A stretch of 63,493 nucleotides of DNA from Rhodospirillales bacterium. Its GTDB lineage: Bacteria > Pseudomonadota > Alphaproteobacteria > Acetobacterales > Acetobacteraceae. Each line of letters starts with the position of its first letter. The first letter of the stretch is position 1. The translations under genes were made by a program, and so were the position numbers. The notes under the pieces are model-generated. The model was given only the letters and a program-made list of their open reading frames with translations. It searched no databases and was not told the origin of the DNA. Below, piece by piece: positions 19,905 to 29,063 of this stretch. The stretch lies in contig JANXVC010000105.1 in the NCBI GenBank assembly GCA_025351925.1, forward strand, positions 1 to 63,493, in the 5' to 3' direction.

Positions 19905-20933
19905 ATGGACAGCATGGAGATCAACAAGGCGGTCGCCGCGTTCCTGGTCGCTGGCATTGCCTTCATGGGCGCCGGGCTGATCAGTGAGGCTTTGGTGCAT
20001 CCGGCCGCCTATAAAGGCACAGCCATCAAGATTGACCTGCCGGGCGAACAGACCGCCGCAGCCGCCCCGGCTGAGGCCGAGCCGCCGATCGCCGTCCTGC
20101 TCGCCTCTGCTGACCCCGGCCGTGGCGAGGCGGGTGTCAAGAGCGCCGGCTGCGTCGCGTGCCATAGCTTTAACGAGGGCGGCAAGGCGGGGGTCGGCCC
20201 CAACCTGTATGGCGTCGTCGGCGGCCCGCATGGCCACATGGAGGGCTACGCTTACTCTGCGGTACTGAAGGGCAAGCAGGGGCCCTGGACGTATGAGGCG
20301 ATGAACGAGTGGCTCAAGAAGCCCAGCGCCTACGCGCCCGGCACCAAGATGAGCTACGCCGGCCTGGCCGATCCTAAGAAGCGCGCGGACATCATCGACT
20401 ATCTGCACACCCTGGCAAAGGACCCGGTGCCCTTCCCGGCCGCACCGGCGCAGAAGGCCGGCACGGCTGCCGCGGCTCCTGCTGCTGGCGCTGCTACCGC
20501 GGCAGCGTCGCCCAATCCGGCACCCGGCACCGCCCCAGCCGCTGCACCGGACATCAGCGCCCTTTTGGCCTCCGCCGATGCGGATGCCGGCAAGTCCAGC
20601 ACGGCAAAGCTTGGCTGCGTCGCGTGCCATAGCGTCAATGAGGGTGGCAAGGCTGGCATTGGGCCAAACCTGTATGGCATTGTTGGTGCCCCGCATGGCC
20701 ACATGGAGGGTTATGCCTACTCTGCGGCTCTGAAGGCTAAGAGTGGTCCGTGGACCTATGCAGAGCTGAACGAGTGGCTGCTGAAGCCCAGCGCCTACGC
20801 GCCTGGCACCAAGATGAGCTTCGCGGGGATCGCCGACCCCAAGGTGCGTGCCAATGTCATCGCCTATCTCCGCACCCTGGCTGCCAGCCCTGAGCCGCTG
20901 CCCGCCGCTGACGCACCCAAGCAGCCGGGCTGA
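19905..20933 (+). CDS. Membrane-anchored cytochrome c (c2/cy/cM-like) with two tandem haem domains
   Basis: N-terminal anchor MEINKAVAAFLVAGIAFMGAGLISEALV; two CVACH...GPNLYG...PGTKM domains joined by an Ala/Pro linker. Confidence 0.92.
   Translation: MDSMEINKAVAAFLVAGIAFMGAGLISEALVHPAAYKGTAIKIDLPGEQTAAAAPAEAEPPIAVLLASADPGRGEAGVKSAGCVACHSFNEGGKAGVGPNLYGVVGGPHGHMEGYAYSAVLKGKQGPWTYEAMNEWLKKPSAYAPGTKMSYAGLADPKKRADIIDYLHTLAKDPVPFPAAPAQKAGTAAAAPAAGAATAAASPNPAPGTAPAAAPDISALLASADADAGKSSTAKLGCVACHSVNEGGKAGIGPNLYGIVGAPHGHMEGYAYSAALKAKSGPWTYAELNEWLLKPSAYAPGTKMSFAGIADPKVRANVIAYLRTLAASPEPLPAADAPKQPG
20088..20909 (+). repeat. Intragenic duplication of the cytochrome c domain (period 465 nt)
   Basis: Units start at 20088 and 20553; 72/90 identical aa from GCVACH to TLA (hand count). 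Confidence 0.9.
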
Positions 20934-21820
20934 AGCCGCCGCGAACCAGCGCGAGCCGCCGAGTCCAGATCGGCGCATTTGAGGTCTCGAAGCGGGGTGC
21001 GTCCCGCTTCGACCTTCGGGACCCCTATTACGCTGCGCTGAGCCTCTCTTGGCCCAGCTTCGTATTGGTAGGGCTGCTGACCGAGATCAGCGTCAACATT
21101 ATCTTCGCTTTCCTCTATCTCGCCCAACCCGGCGCCATTGCCAATGCGCGGCCGGGTTCCTTTGCCGACGCATTCTTCTTCAGCCTCGAAACCTTGGCGA
21201 CCGTCGGCTACGGGGTAATGGCGCCGGCTACGACCTACGGCCACATCGTTTCAGCGTTCGAAATTCTTATTGGCATGGCTCTGACCGCCGTGTTGACGGG
21301 GCTGCTGTTCGTCCGCTTCTCCCGGCCGAAGTCGAGGGTTCTCTACGCGACGCGCGCTGTCGTCGCCATGCATAACGGCGCACCCACGCTCATGCTGCGG
21401 CTGGGCAATGGCCGGCTGACTTTGCTGACCAACCTCACCGCAAAGCTTGGTGCGCTCGTTGCGGAAAGCAGCAGCGAGGGCCAGGCGTTCCGGCGGGTGC
21501 ACGACCTGCGGCTGCACCGCGCCGACATCCAGATGTTCGTGCTGACCTGGACGCTGATGCACACCATCGACCATACCAGCCCGCTCCACGGCTATGACGC
21601 TGACCGCCTCATGCGCGACGACATCCGGCTATTCCTGTCGATCGACGCGTGGGATCAATCGCTGGGCACGCAAATCCAGGACGTGCGGAGCTTTGGCCCT
21701 GCCGACATCGTGTTTGGGCAGCGGTTCGCCGACACCATCACCCGTGACGCGGCGGGCCATACGACGGCGGACCTGACGCGCCTCGACGTGCTGGAACCGG
21801 ACCCGGGCTGGGTGGAGTAG
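20930..21820 (+). CDS. Inward-rectifier (KirBac-type) potassium channel, probable CTG start
   Basis: FFFSLETLATVGYG selectivity filter, LLFVRFSRP, LTWTLMH; family-like N-terminus (RFDLRDPYYAALSLSWPSF) lies upstream of the first canonical start at 21065. Confidence 0.85.
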   Translation: MKPPRTSASRRVQIGAFEVSKRGASRFDLRDPYYAALSLSWPSFVLVGLLTEISVNIIFAFLYLAQPGAIANARPGSFADAFFFSLETLATVGYGVMAPATTYGHIVSAFEILIGMALTAVLTGLLFVRFSRPKSRVLYATRAVVAMHNGAPTLMLRLGNGRLTLLTNLTAKLGALVAESSSEGQAFRRVHDLRLHRADIQMFVLTWTLMHTIDHTSPLHGYDADRLMRDDIRLFLSIDAWDQSLGTQIQDVRSFGPADIVFGQRFADTITRDAAGHTTADLTRLDVLEPDPGWVE

Positions 21821-21911
21821 CGTGTAGCGGCCGGGGTGCGGCAGAGCGGGTTGGGTTGACACGGACGCGCGCCGAACCCCAGCATGTCCGACCATTTCTG
21901 CAGGACGGGCG

Positions 21912-23150
21912 ATGCACCAGGACAACTCCAATCCCGAGGGCGCGCTGCATGGCCTGCGGGTGATCGAAATGGGGCAGTTGATCGCCGGCCCGTTCTGCGG
22001 CCAGCTGATGGCGGATTTCGGCGCCGAGGTGATCAAGTTGGAGCCGCCGGGCCAGGGCGATCCCATGCGGGATTGGGGGCACGAGAAGCCGCAGGGCCTG
22101 TCGCTGTGGTGGCCGGTCATCGCCCGCGGCAAGAAAAGCGTCGAGATCGACGCGCGGCAGCCGGAGGGCCAGGCGCTGATCCGCGACCTGGTGGCGGCGA
22201 GCGACGTGCTGATCGAGAACTTCCGGCCGGGCACGATGGAGAAGTGGGGGCTGGGCTACGATGCGCTGGCGGCGATCAACCCGCGTCTGGTGATGATCCG
22301 GGTATCCGGCTATGGCCAGACCGGGCCCTATGCGCACAAGGCCGGGTTCGGCGCGATCGGCGAGGCGATGGGCGGGCTGCGCCACGTGGTCGGCGACCCC
22401 AGCACGCCGCCGAGCCGCATGGGCGTCTCGATCGGCGACACCCTGGCGGCAACGTTCGCCTGCCTCGGCGGCATGATGGCGCTGCACGCCCGCGAGCGCA
22501 CCGGGCGCGGCCAGGTGGTGGACAGCGCGATCTACGAGGCGGTGCTGGCGGTGATGGAGAGCCTGGTCACCGAATACGCCTACACCGGCTATGTCCGCGA
22601 GCGCACCGGCGCCATCCTGCCGAACATCGCGCCCAGCAACGTGTATCCCACCCAGGACGGCACCTATGTGCTGATCGCCGCCAATCAGGACACGGTATTC
22701 CGCCGACTGGTCGCCGCGATGGGCCGGCCGGAGCTGGCCGAGGATCCGCGCTTCAGCACCCATGATGCCCGCGGCGAGCGCCAGGCGGAGCTGGACGCGC
22801 TGATCGCCGAATGGACCAGCACGCGGGACCGTGCGGCCCTGGGCGCGTTGCTGGACGCCGCCGGGGTGCCGCGCGGCGACATCTATCGCGGGCCGGAGAT
22901 GCTGGAGGACGCGCACTTCAAGGCGCGGGAGACCATCGCCCGGGTCATGCACCCGAAGCTTGGCGAGCTGCGTATGCAGAGCGTCGCACCGCGGCTGTCG
23001 GCGACGCCGGGGCGCATCCGCCACGCCGGGCCGGACCTCGGCGAGCATAATGACGACGTGCTGCGCGGCTTGCTGGGCCTGGATGCCGCCCGGCTGGCGC
23101 AGCTGCAGGCGGCGCGGGTGATCGGTCGGATGCAGCCCCATGCTGCCTGA
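21912..23150 (+). CDS. CaiB/BaiF family (class III) CoA-transferase
   Basis: IAGPFCGQLMADFGAEVIKLE, ENFRPG, SGYGQTGPY, SIGDTLA. Confidence 0.92.
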   Translation: MHQDNSNPEGALHGLRVIEMGQLIAGPFCGQLMADFGAEVIKLEPPGQGDPMRDWGHEKPQGLSLWWPVIARGKKSVEIDARQPEGQALIRDLVAASDVLIENFRPGTMEKWGLGYDALAAINPRLVMIRVSGYGQTGPYAHKAGFGAIGEAMGGLRHVVGDPSTPPSRMGVSIGDTLAATFACLGGMMALHARERTGRGQVVDSAIYEAVLAVMESLVTEYAYTGYVRERTGAILPNIAPSNVYPTQDGTYVLIAANQDTVFRRLVAAMGRPELAEDPRFSTHDARGERQAELDALIAEWTSTRDRAALGALLDAAGVPRGDIYRGPEMLEDAHFKARETIARVMHPKLGELRMQSVAPRLSATPGRIRHAGPDLGEHNDDVLRGLLGLDAARLAQLQAARVIGRMQPHAA

Positions 23151-24078
23151 CCCGCGCATGCTCCCTGAGACCATCGAAATCGTCGAGGTCGGCCCGCGTG
23201 ACGGGCTGCAGAACGAGGCGCGGCCGGTCAGCACCGCCGACAAGCTGCAGCTGATCGAGGCGCTGATCCACGCCGGCGTCCGGCGGATCGAGGCGACCAG
23301 CTTCGTCCACCCGGCCCGCGTGCCGCAGATGGCCGACGCGGAGGCGGTGATGGCGGGCCTGCCGCGCGACCGGAGCGTCGTCGTCTCGGGCCTGGTGCTG
23401 AACCGCCGCGGCGCCGAGCGCGCCATCGCGGCCGGCTGCGACGAGCTCACCTATGCCGTCGTCGCCAGCGAGACATTCGGCCAGCGCAATCAAGGCCAGA
23501 CCACCGAACAGGGCCTGGCCGTCTGGACCGAGGTCGCGGCCCTGGCGCGCGCCGCTGGTCGGCGGACCGCGGTCGTGATCGTCACCGCGTTCGGCTGTCC
23601 GTTCGAGGGGCCCGTTGACCCAGCCCGCGTCGAGGGCATCGCCGCCCGCGCACTGGAGGCCGACCCCGACGAGATCGCCCTGGCGGACACCATCGGCGTC
23701 GGCACGCCGGGACAGGTCATGGACCTGTTTGGACGCACGCGCGCGGCAGTGTCCGCCTCGAAAACCGGACGTGCCCGGCTGCGCGCGCACTTCCACAACA
23801 CACGCAACACCGGCTACGCCAACGCCTATGCAGCGCTGATGGCTGGGGTCACGGTGCTGGACAGCAGCGCCGGCGGGGTCGGCGGCTGCCCGTTCGCGCC
23901 CCGCGCCACCGGCAACATCGCAACCGAGGACCTGCTGTTCATGCTCGACGGCCTGGGTGTCCGGCACGGCATCGACCGTGGCGCGGTGGCGGCGCTCGAC
24001 CCCTGGCTGGCCGGCGTGCTGGGCCACGCGGTGCCGGGTCAGCTCGGCAAGACGGACGTCTGGCCGCCTAGGGCATAG
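23140..24078 (+). CDS. Hydroxymethylglutaryl-CoA lyase family protein
   Basis: EVGPRDGLQNE, LADTIG, HFHNTR, GGCPFAPRATGNIATED. Confidence 0.92.
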   Translation: MLPDPRMLPETIEIVEVGPRDGLQNEARPVSTADKLQLIEALIHAGVRRIEATSFVHPARVPQMADAEAVMAGLPRDRSVVVSGLVLNRRGAERAIAAGCDELTYAVVASETFGQRNQGQTTEQGLAVWTEVAALARAAGRRTAVVIVTAFGCPFEGPVDPARVEGIAARALEADPDEIALADTIGVGTPGQVMDLFGRTRAAVSASKTGRARLRAHFHNTRNTGYANAYAALMAGVTVLDSSAGGVGGCPFAPRATGNIATEDLLFMLDGLGVRHGIDRGAVAALDPWLAGVLGHAVPGQLGKTDVWPPRA

Positions 24079-24157
24079 GCCCCGCTCACCGCCACGGGAT
24101 ACGGCACGCGGATTGCGTGGATTTTTGCATCGCCCAGCCGGAACAGAAAGCGCAGCC

Positions 24158-25105
24158 ATGGCCCAACATCACGTCGCCGCCACGCCCGAAACGATCCGTT
24201 GGGGCAGCTTCAGCGCTGCCTACCCGCCGGTCCTGACGGTCCAGAGCGGCGATACCGTCGTGCTAGAGTGCGTGACTGGCGCGCCGGATGTCATGCCGCC
24301 AGATGGCTCTAGCCTCAAGGTGCCGCCAGCGCTCGCTGCGATCCATGCAGCCGACCCGCCAAGGCTCGGACCGCACATCCTGACCGGCCCGGTCGCCATC
24401 GCCGACGCCGAACCCGGCGACACGCTCGAGGTCCGCATTGATAAGATCGAGCTCGGCGCCGACTGGGGCTTCTGCGGTCACCGCCCGCTCGCCGGCACGC
24501 TGCCGGAGGATTTTCCGCACCGATTCCTCAGCCACATCGCCGTGGACCGCGCCGCGGGCACCTGCCGGCTGCCCTGGGGCACCGAGCTGACGCTGTCGCC
24601 GTTCTTCGGCGTGATGGGCGTGGCACCGCCGGCCGCCTATGGCGCGATCTCGACCAAGGAGCCGCGGGAGCACGGCGGCAACCTGGACAATAAGGAGGTC
24701 GGCGCCGGCAGCACGCTGTTCCTGCCGGTCTGGGTGCCAGGCGCCAATTTCTCGGCAGGCGACGGCCACGGCGTGCAAGGGGATGGCGAGGTCTGCATCA
24801 ATGCGCTCGAGATGTGCCTGACCGGCACGTTCACCTTTGTGCTGCATAAGGCCGAGACTGCGCCATTTCGCTTCCCGCGCGCAGAGTCTCCGACCCACTA
24901 CATCTCAATGGGGCTGAACGAGGATCTGGACCTCGCGATGAAGCAGGCGCTTCGGGAGATGATCGCCTTCATCTGCGCGCGGTCCAGCCTGTCACGCGAC
25001 GAGGCCTATCAGCTCTGCTCGCTCGCGGTGGATTTCCACGTGACGCAGACGGTGAACGGCGAAAAGGGCGTGCACGGACTTTTGCGCAAGGGATTGCTGT
25101 TTTAG
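24158..25105 (+). CDS. Acetamidase/formamidase family protein
   Basis: HILTGPV...AEPGDTLEV, HGGNLDNKE, GDGHGVQGDGEV, LCSLAVD. Confidence 0.9.
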   Translation: MAQHHVAATPETIRWGSFSAAYPPVLTVQSGDTVVLECVTGAPDVMPPDGSSLKVPPALAAIHAADPPRLGPHILTGPVAIADAEPGDTLEVRIDKIELGADWGFCGHRPLAGTLPEDFPHRFLSHIAVDRAAGTCRLPWGTELTLSPFFGVMGVAPPAAYGAISTKEPREHGGNLDNKEVGAGSTLFLPVWVPGANFSAGDGHGVQGDGEVCINALEMCLTGTFTFVLHKAETAPFRFPRAESPTHYISMGLNEDLDLAMKQALREMIAFICARSSLSRDEAYQLCSLAVDFHVTQTVNGEKGVHGLLRKGLLF

Positions 25106-25110
25106 GCAGG

Positions 25111-25119
25111 TTATCCACA
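25111..25119 (+). promoter_or_regulatory. DnaA box upstream of gcrA
   Basis: Perfect TTATCCACA about 100 nt before the gcrA ATG. Confidence 0.65.
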
Positions 25120-25211
25120 ACTGTTTGTGTCGAATGAGCGCTTTCCATCTATCCCTAGCGAACTTGCAGCCTTAACATCCGTTGCGTAACTGGATGGTTA
25201 AGGAGCCCAGA

Positions 25212-25712
25212 ATGGACTGGAACGAGGAGACGATCGCCCGCCTGCGGCAGTTCTGGCAGGACGGACATTCCACGGCCGAGATCGGACGGCGCATGGGCAT
25301 CACCAAGAATGCAGTGGTCGGCAAGGCGCACCGGCTGATGCTGGCGCCGCGGCCCTCGCCAATCCGCCGCGACCTTCCTGAGGGATATGTGTCCCGACGG
25401 TCGGCGACCCGGCGTGCCACCGGCCCGACCCTTCCCGCGCCGAACCTGCCGTCTATGCCCGCAGCTCCGCAGCCCGCAGCCGCAGCGGGCAACGTCACTG
25501 TGCGCCCATCGCGTGTCCCGGTTCAACTTCGCGCCGTGGCATTGCCGCGGGCCGGCGCGAGGGTCACGACCTGTTGCTGGCCAATCGGCGATCCCGGCAC
25601 GGCAAATTTTCGGTTCTGCGACGACGGCGCGATGACCGGCAAACCCTACTGTGCCCAGCATGCGGCGCTGGCCTACGTGAAGGTGCGCGACCGCCGGGAG
25701 GACGCCGCTTAG
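25212..25712 (+). CDS. gcrA: Cell-cycle regulator GcrA
   Basis: MDWNEETIARLRQFW.DG.STAEIG, TKNAVVGKAHRL, CCWPIGDP, FCD...PYCAQH; AAGGAG RBS. Confidence 0.93.
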   Translation: MDWNEETIARLRQFWQDGHSTAEIGRRMGITKNAVVGKAHRLMLAPRPSPIRRDLPEGYVSRRSATRRATGPTLPAPNLPSMPAAPQPAAAAGNVTVRPSRVPVQLRAVALPRAGARVTTCCWPIGDPGTANFRFCDDGAMTGKPYCAQHAALAYVKVRDRREDAA

Positions 25713-25801
25713 CCTTAATGCGACCGTCGCTCATCCGGATGTTGCGCCCGCGCGCTCTTGATCCCGGCGGTGTCGCGGTCTAGGGGTTACGCGGAGACAA
25801 C

Positions 25802-26461
25802 ATGCCGCCATACGAGACTGCCCTTCCGCGGGAGCGTCACACCGCTCTCGACGCCGATTCCGTTCGCGCCGCCTATCGCCGCTGGGCCGGGGTCTATGAC
25901 ACCGTTTTTGGTGGTGTTTCGGCGTTTGGCCGACGCCGTGCAGTGGAGGCGGTTAACGCGCTTCCCGGCATTCACGTGCTGGAGGTCGGGGTCGGCACTG
26001 GCCTCGCCTTGCCGCTGTATTCCGGCGCCAAGCGAATCACCGGCATCGACCTGTCGGCTGAAATGCTGGCGTTCGCACGCGCCCGGGTGAAATCCTCTGG
26101 CCTTAGCAACGTCGAAGCATTGCTGGAGGTGGACGCCGAGGCGACCGGCCTCGAAGTTGGCTCGTTCGACATTGCGGTGGCGATGTTTGTCGCGTCGGTC
26201 GTGCCGAACCCGCGTCTGCTGCTGGCCGAGATGCGCCGGGTGGTTCGACCCGGCGGGCATCTGCTGTTCGTCAACCACTTCGCCGCTGAACGCGGCCCGC
26301 GCTGGTGGGCGGAGCGCGCGTTGGCGCCCGCCTCGCGCAAGCTTGGGTGGCATCCGGACTTTTCGCGCGACGCTTTATTGCCGGTGGACGACCAGGCGCA
26401 TGCACAATTCTCATCCGTGCCGCCTTTGGGCCTTTTCACCTTGGTGAGTCTGCCCAACTAA
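25802..26461 (+). CDS. pmtA: Phosphatidylethanolamine N-methyltransferase
   Basis: AYRRWAGVYD, VLEVGVGTGL, MFVASVVP, FVNHF, LGWHPDF. Confidence 0.8.
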   Translation: MPPYETALPRERHTALDADSVRAAYRRWAGVYDTVFGGVSAFGRRRAVEAVNALPGIHVLEVGVGTGLALPLYSGAKRITGIDLSAEMLAFARARVKSSGLSNVEALLEVDAEATGLEVGSFDIAVAMFVASVVPNPRLLLAEMRRVVRPGGHLLFVNHFAAERGPRWWAERALAPASRKLGWHPDFSRDALLPVDDQAHAQFSSVPPLGLFTLVSLPN

Positions 26462-26484
26462 TCACAATCGAGCCGCTGCGTGGC

Positions 26485-26498
26485 TTGATCTAACGCAA
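26485..26498. promoter_or_regulatory. FNR/FixK-like box upstream of the cox operon
   Basis: TTGAT-CTAA-CGCAA inside the extended palindrome GCTTG...CAAGC. Confidence 0.55.
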
Positions 26499-26556
26499 GC
26501 TGTCCGATACGTCCTGCCGGGTGCTCCGGGCATGGGCCGGGCAAGATGCAGGTGGG

Positions 26557-27426
26557 ATGGACGAACAGATGCAGGTTTCCCAGCGGCTTCGCGCCGCAGT
26601 AGCATTCACTGCTATGTTGATGGCTGGCGCAGGCTCGGCCTTGGCGCAGGAGCCGCACAACTGGCAGCTCAGCTTTCAGACTGCGCATAGTCCGGTGCAG
26701 CAGGGCATCGAGGGGCTGCATGCGATGGTCATATGGCTGATGGCCGCTGTAACTATTTTTGTCGCGGCGCTGCTGCTCTATTGTGTGTGGCGATTCCGGG
26801 CGTCGGTGAACCCCAAGGCGAGCCGCGTCAGCCACCATACCGCGCTGGAGGTGGCCTGGACGGTGCTGCCGGTGCTGATCTTGGTCATCATCGCCATCCC
26901 GTCGTTCCGGCTGATCTATTTCGAGGATCGGACCGAGGCAGCGGACATGACGATCAAGGTCGTCGGGCATCAATGGTATTGGGAATATGACTATCCCGAC
27001 CAGGGTGACGTAAAGTTCGACAGCTATATGATCCCGGCTGACGACCTGAAGCCCGGCCAGCTCCGTCAGCTGGAAGTGGACAACCGCGTGGTCGTGCCGG
27101 CCGGCAAGAACATCCGCATTTTGGCCACCAGCGCTGACGTGATCCACAGCTTCTTCATTCCGTCGCTCGGCGTGCAGCGCTACGCCATTCCGGGGCGGAC
27201 GATTGAGACCTGGGTCAAGGTTGACCAGCCTGGCGTCTATTACGGCGAGTGCAACCAGATCTGCGGCACCAACCATAGTGCGATGCCAATCGCAGTAGAG
27301 GCGATGACTGACAAGGATTTTGCGACTTGGATTGCTGCGGCCAAGACGAAGTTTGCTGCCGGCGCAGCGCCGTCACCCATCGATGGCGAGCGGCGTTTGG
27401 CGGCGGTTGAGAATACACAGCGCTGA
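26557..27426 (+). CDS. coxB: Cytochrome c oxidase subunit II
   Basis: [23 protein letters not shown], CuA motif [14 protein letters not shown]. Confidence 0.96.
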   Translation: MDEQMQVSQRLRAAVAFTAMLMAGAGSALAQEPHNWQLSFQTAHSPVQQGIEGLHAMVIWLMAAVTIFVAALLLYCVWRFRASVNPKASRVSHHTALEVAWTVLPVLILVIIAIPSFRLIYFEDRTEAADMTIKVVGHQWYWEYDYPDQGDVKFDSYMIPADDLKPGQLRQLEVDNRVVVPAGKNIRILATSADVIHSFFIPSLGVQRYAIPGRTIETWVKVDQPGVYYGECNQICGTNHSAMPIAVEAMTDKDFATWIAAAKTKFAAGAAPSPIDGERRLAAVENTQR

Positions 27427-27458
27427 ACCACATCGGTCAAAGCGAGGGAGTGCACGAA

Positions 27459-29063
27459 ATGTCGGTGACGACGCAGGACCACGAACACGACCAGCATCAC
27501 GACCATGGGCATGCCCCGAATTTCGTGAACCGCTGGTTGTTCAGTACAAACCACAAAGACATCGGCACGCTGTATCTGATCTTCGCCATCATCGCGGGTA
27601 TCGTGGGCGTCGGCCTATCGGTGCACATGCGTATGGAGCTGCAGAGCCCCGGCCTGCAATATTTCGCCTCGGGTCAATCGTGGAACGCCACGGTCACGGC
27701 GCATGGCCTCATTATGATTTTCTTCATGGTGATGCCGGCGATGATCGGCGGCTTCGGCAACTGGTTCGTGCCGATCATGATCGGCGCGCCCGACATGGCG
27801 TTTCCGCGGCTGAACAACATCAGCTTCTGGCTGCTCGTCCCGGCGTTCGTCCTGATTATGATGGGGCTGCACAGCGGAGACGGCGCTGGGTCCGGCTGGA
27901 CGCTCTATCCGCCGCTGTCCAACGCTACGTATCAATCTGGCGTCGCGATGGACTACACCCTGTTCGCGCTGCATCTCGCGGGCGTGTCGTCGTTGCTGGG
28001 CGCGATCAACTTCATCACGACCATCTTTAACATGCGTGCGCCGGGCATGACGCTGCACAAGATGCCGCTGTTCGTGTGGTCCATGCTGGTGACGGCATTT
28101 CTGCTGCTGCTGTCCATTCCCGTGCTGGCCGGTGCGATCACCATGCTCATCACCGACCGTAACTTCGGCACCTCGTTCTTCGATCCGCAGGGCGGCGGCG
28201 ACCCGGTGCTGTTCCAGCATCTGTTCTGGTTCTTCGGCCACCCCGAGGTTTACATCATGATCCTGCCGGGCTTCGGCATGGTCAGCCACGTCATCTCGAC
28301 CTTCTCCAAGAAGCCTATTTTCGGCTATCTCGGCATGGCCTATGCGATGATCGCGATCGGCGTGGTCGGTTTCGTCGTGTGGGCGCACCACATGTTCGTG
28401 TCCGGCATTTCGGTCGATACCCGGGCCTACTTCGTCGCAGCGACGATGATCATCGCGGGGCCCACGGGAATTAAGATCTTCTCGTGGATCGCGACGATGT
28501 GGGGCGGCTCGATCGAGCTGAAGACGCCGATGCTGTTTGCGATCGGCTTCATCTTCCTGTTCACGCTGGGCGGCGTTACCGGCATTGTGCTGTCGAACTC
28601 CAGCATCGACCAGATTCTGCACAACACCTATTATGTCGTGGCGCACTTCCACTACGTGCTGAGCCTCGGTGCTGTGTTCTCGATCTTCGCCGGCTTCTAC
28701 TATTGGATCGGCAAGATGTCGGGCCGGCAGTATCCGGAGTTCTGGGGCAAGGTTCACTTTTGGGTCACCTTTATCGGTGTGAACCTGACCTTCTTCCCGA
28801 TGCATTTCCTGGGCCTCGCGGGCATGCCGCGCCGGTATCCTGACTATCCCGACGCTTTTACCGGCTGGAATTATGTTGCCTCGATCGGCTCCTATATCTC
28901 GGCGTTCTCGGTCCTGATCTTCCTTTACGTGATCTACCGGACGTTTACGTCCAAGGTTCAGGTGGCCGATAACTACTGGGGTGAGGGCGCGACGACGCTT
29001 GAGTGGACGGTCACCTCGCCGCCGCCGTTCCACACGTTTACGGAGCTGCCGCGGGTTCGGTAA
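27459..29063 (+). CDS. coxA: Cytochrome c oxidase subunit I (A1 type)
   Basis: [34 protein letters not shown]. Confidence 0.98.
   Translation: MSVTTQDHEHDQHHDHGHAPNFVNRWLFSTNHKDIGTLYLIFAIIAGIVGVGLSVHMRMELQSPGLQYFASGQSWNATVTAHGLIMIFFMVMPAMIGGFGNWFVPIMIGAPDMAFPRLNNISFWLLVPAFVLIMMGLHSGDGAGSGWTLYPPLSNATYQSGVAMDYTLFALHLAGVSSLLGAINFITTIFNMRAPGMTLHKMPLFVWSMLVTAFLLLLSIPVLAGAITMLITDRNFGTSFFDPQGGGDPVLFQHLFWFFGHPEVYIMILPGFGMVSHVISTFSKKPIFGYLGMAYAMIAIGVVGFVVWAHHMFVSGISVDTRAYFVAATMIIAGPTGIKIFSWIATMWGGSIELKTPMLFAIGFIFLFTLGGVTGIVLSNSSIDQILHNTYYVVAHFHYVLSLGAVFSIFAGFYYWIGKMSGRQYPEFWGKVHFWVTFIGVNLTFFPMHFLGLAGMPRRYPDYPDAFTGWNYVASIGSYISAFSVLIFLYVIYRTFTSKVQVADNYWGEGATTLEWTVTSPPPFHTFTELPRVR

Noticed and set aside
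27459-27520. His-rich CoxA N-terminus as a novelty
   Set aside because: Common in alphaproteobacterial subunit I proteins.
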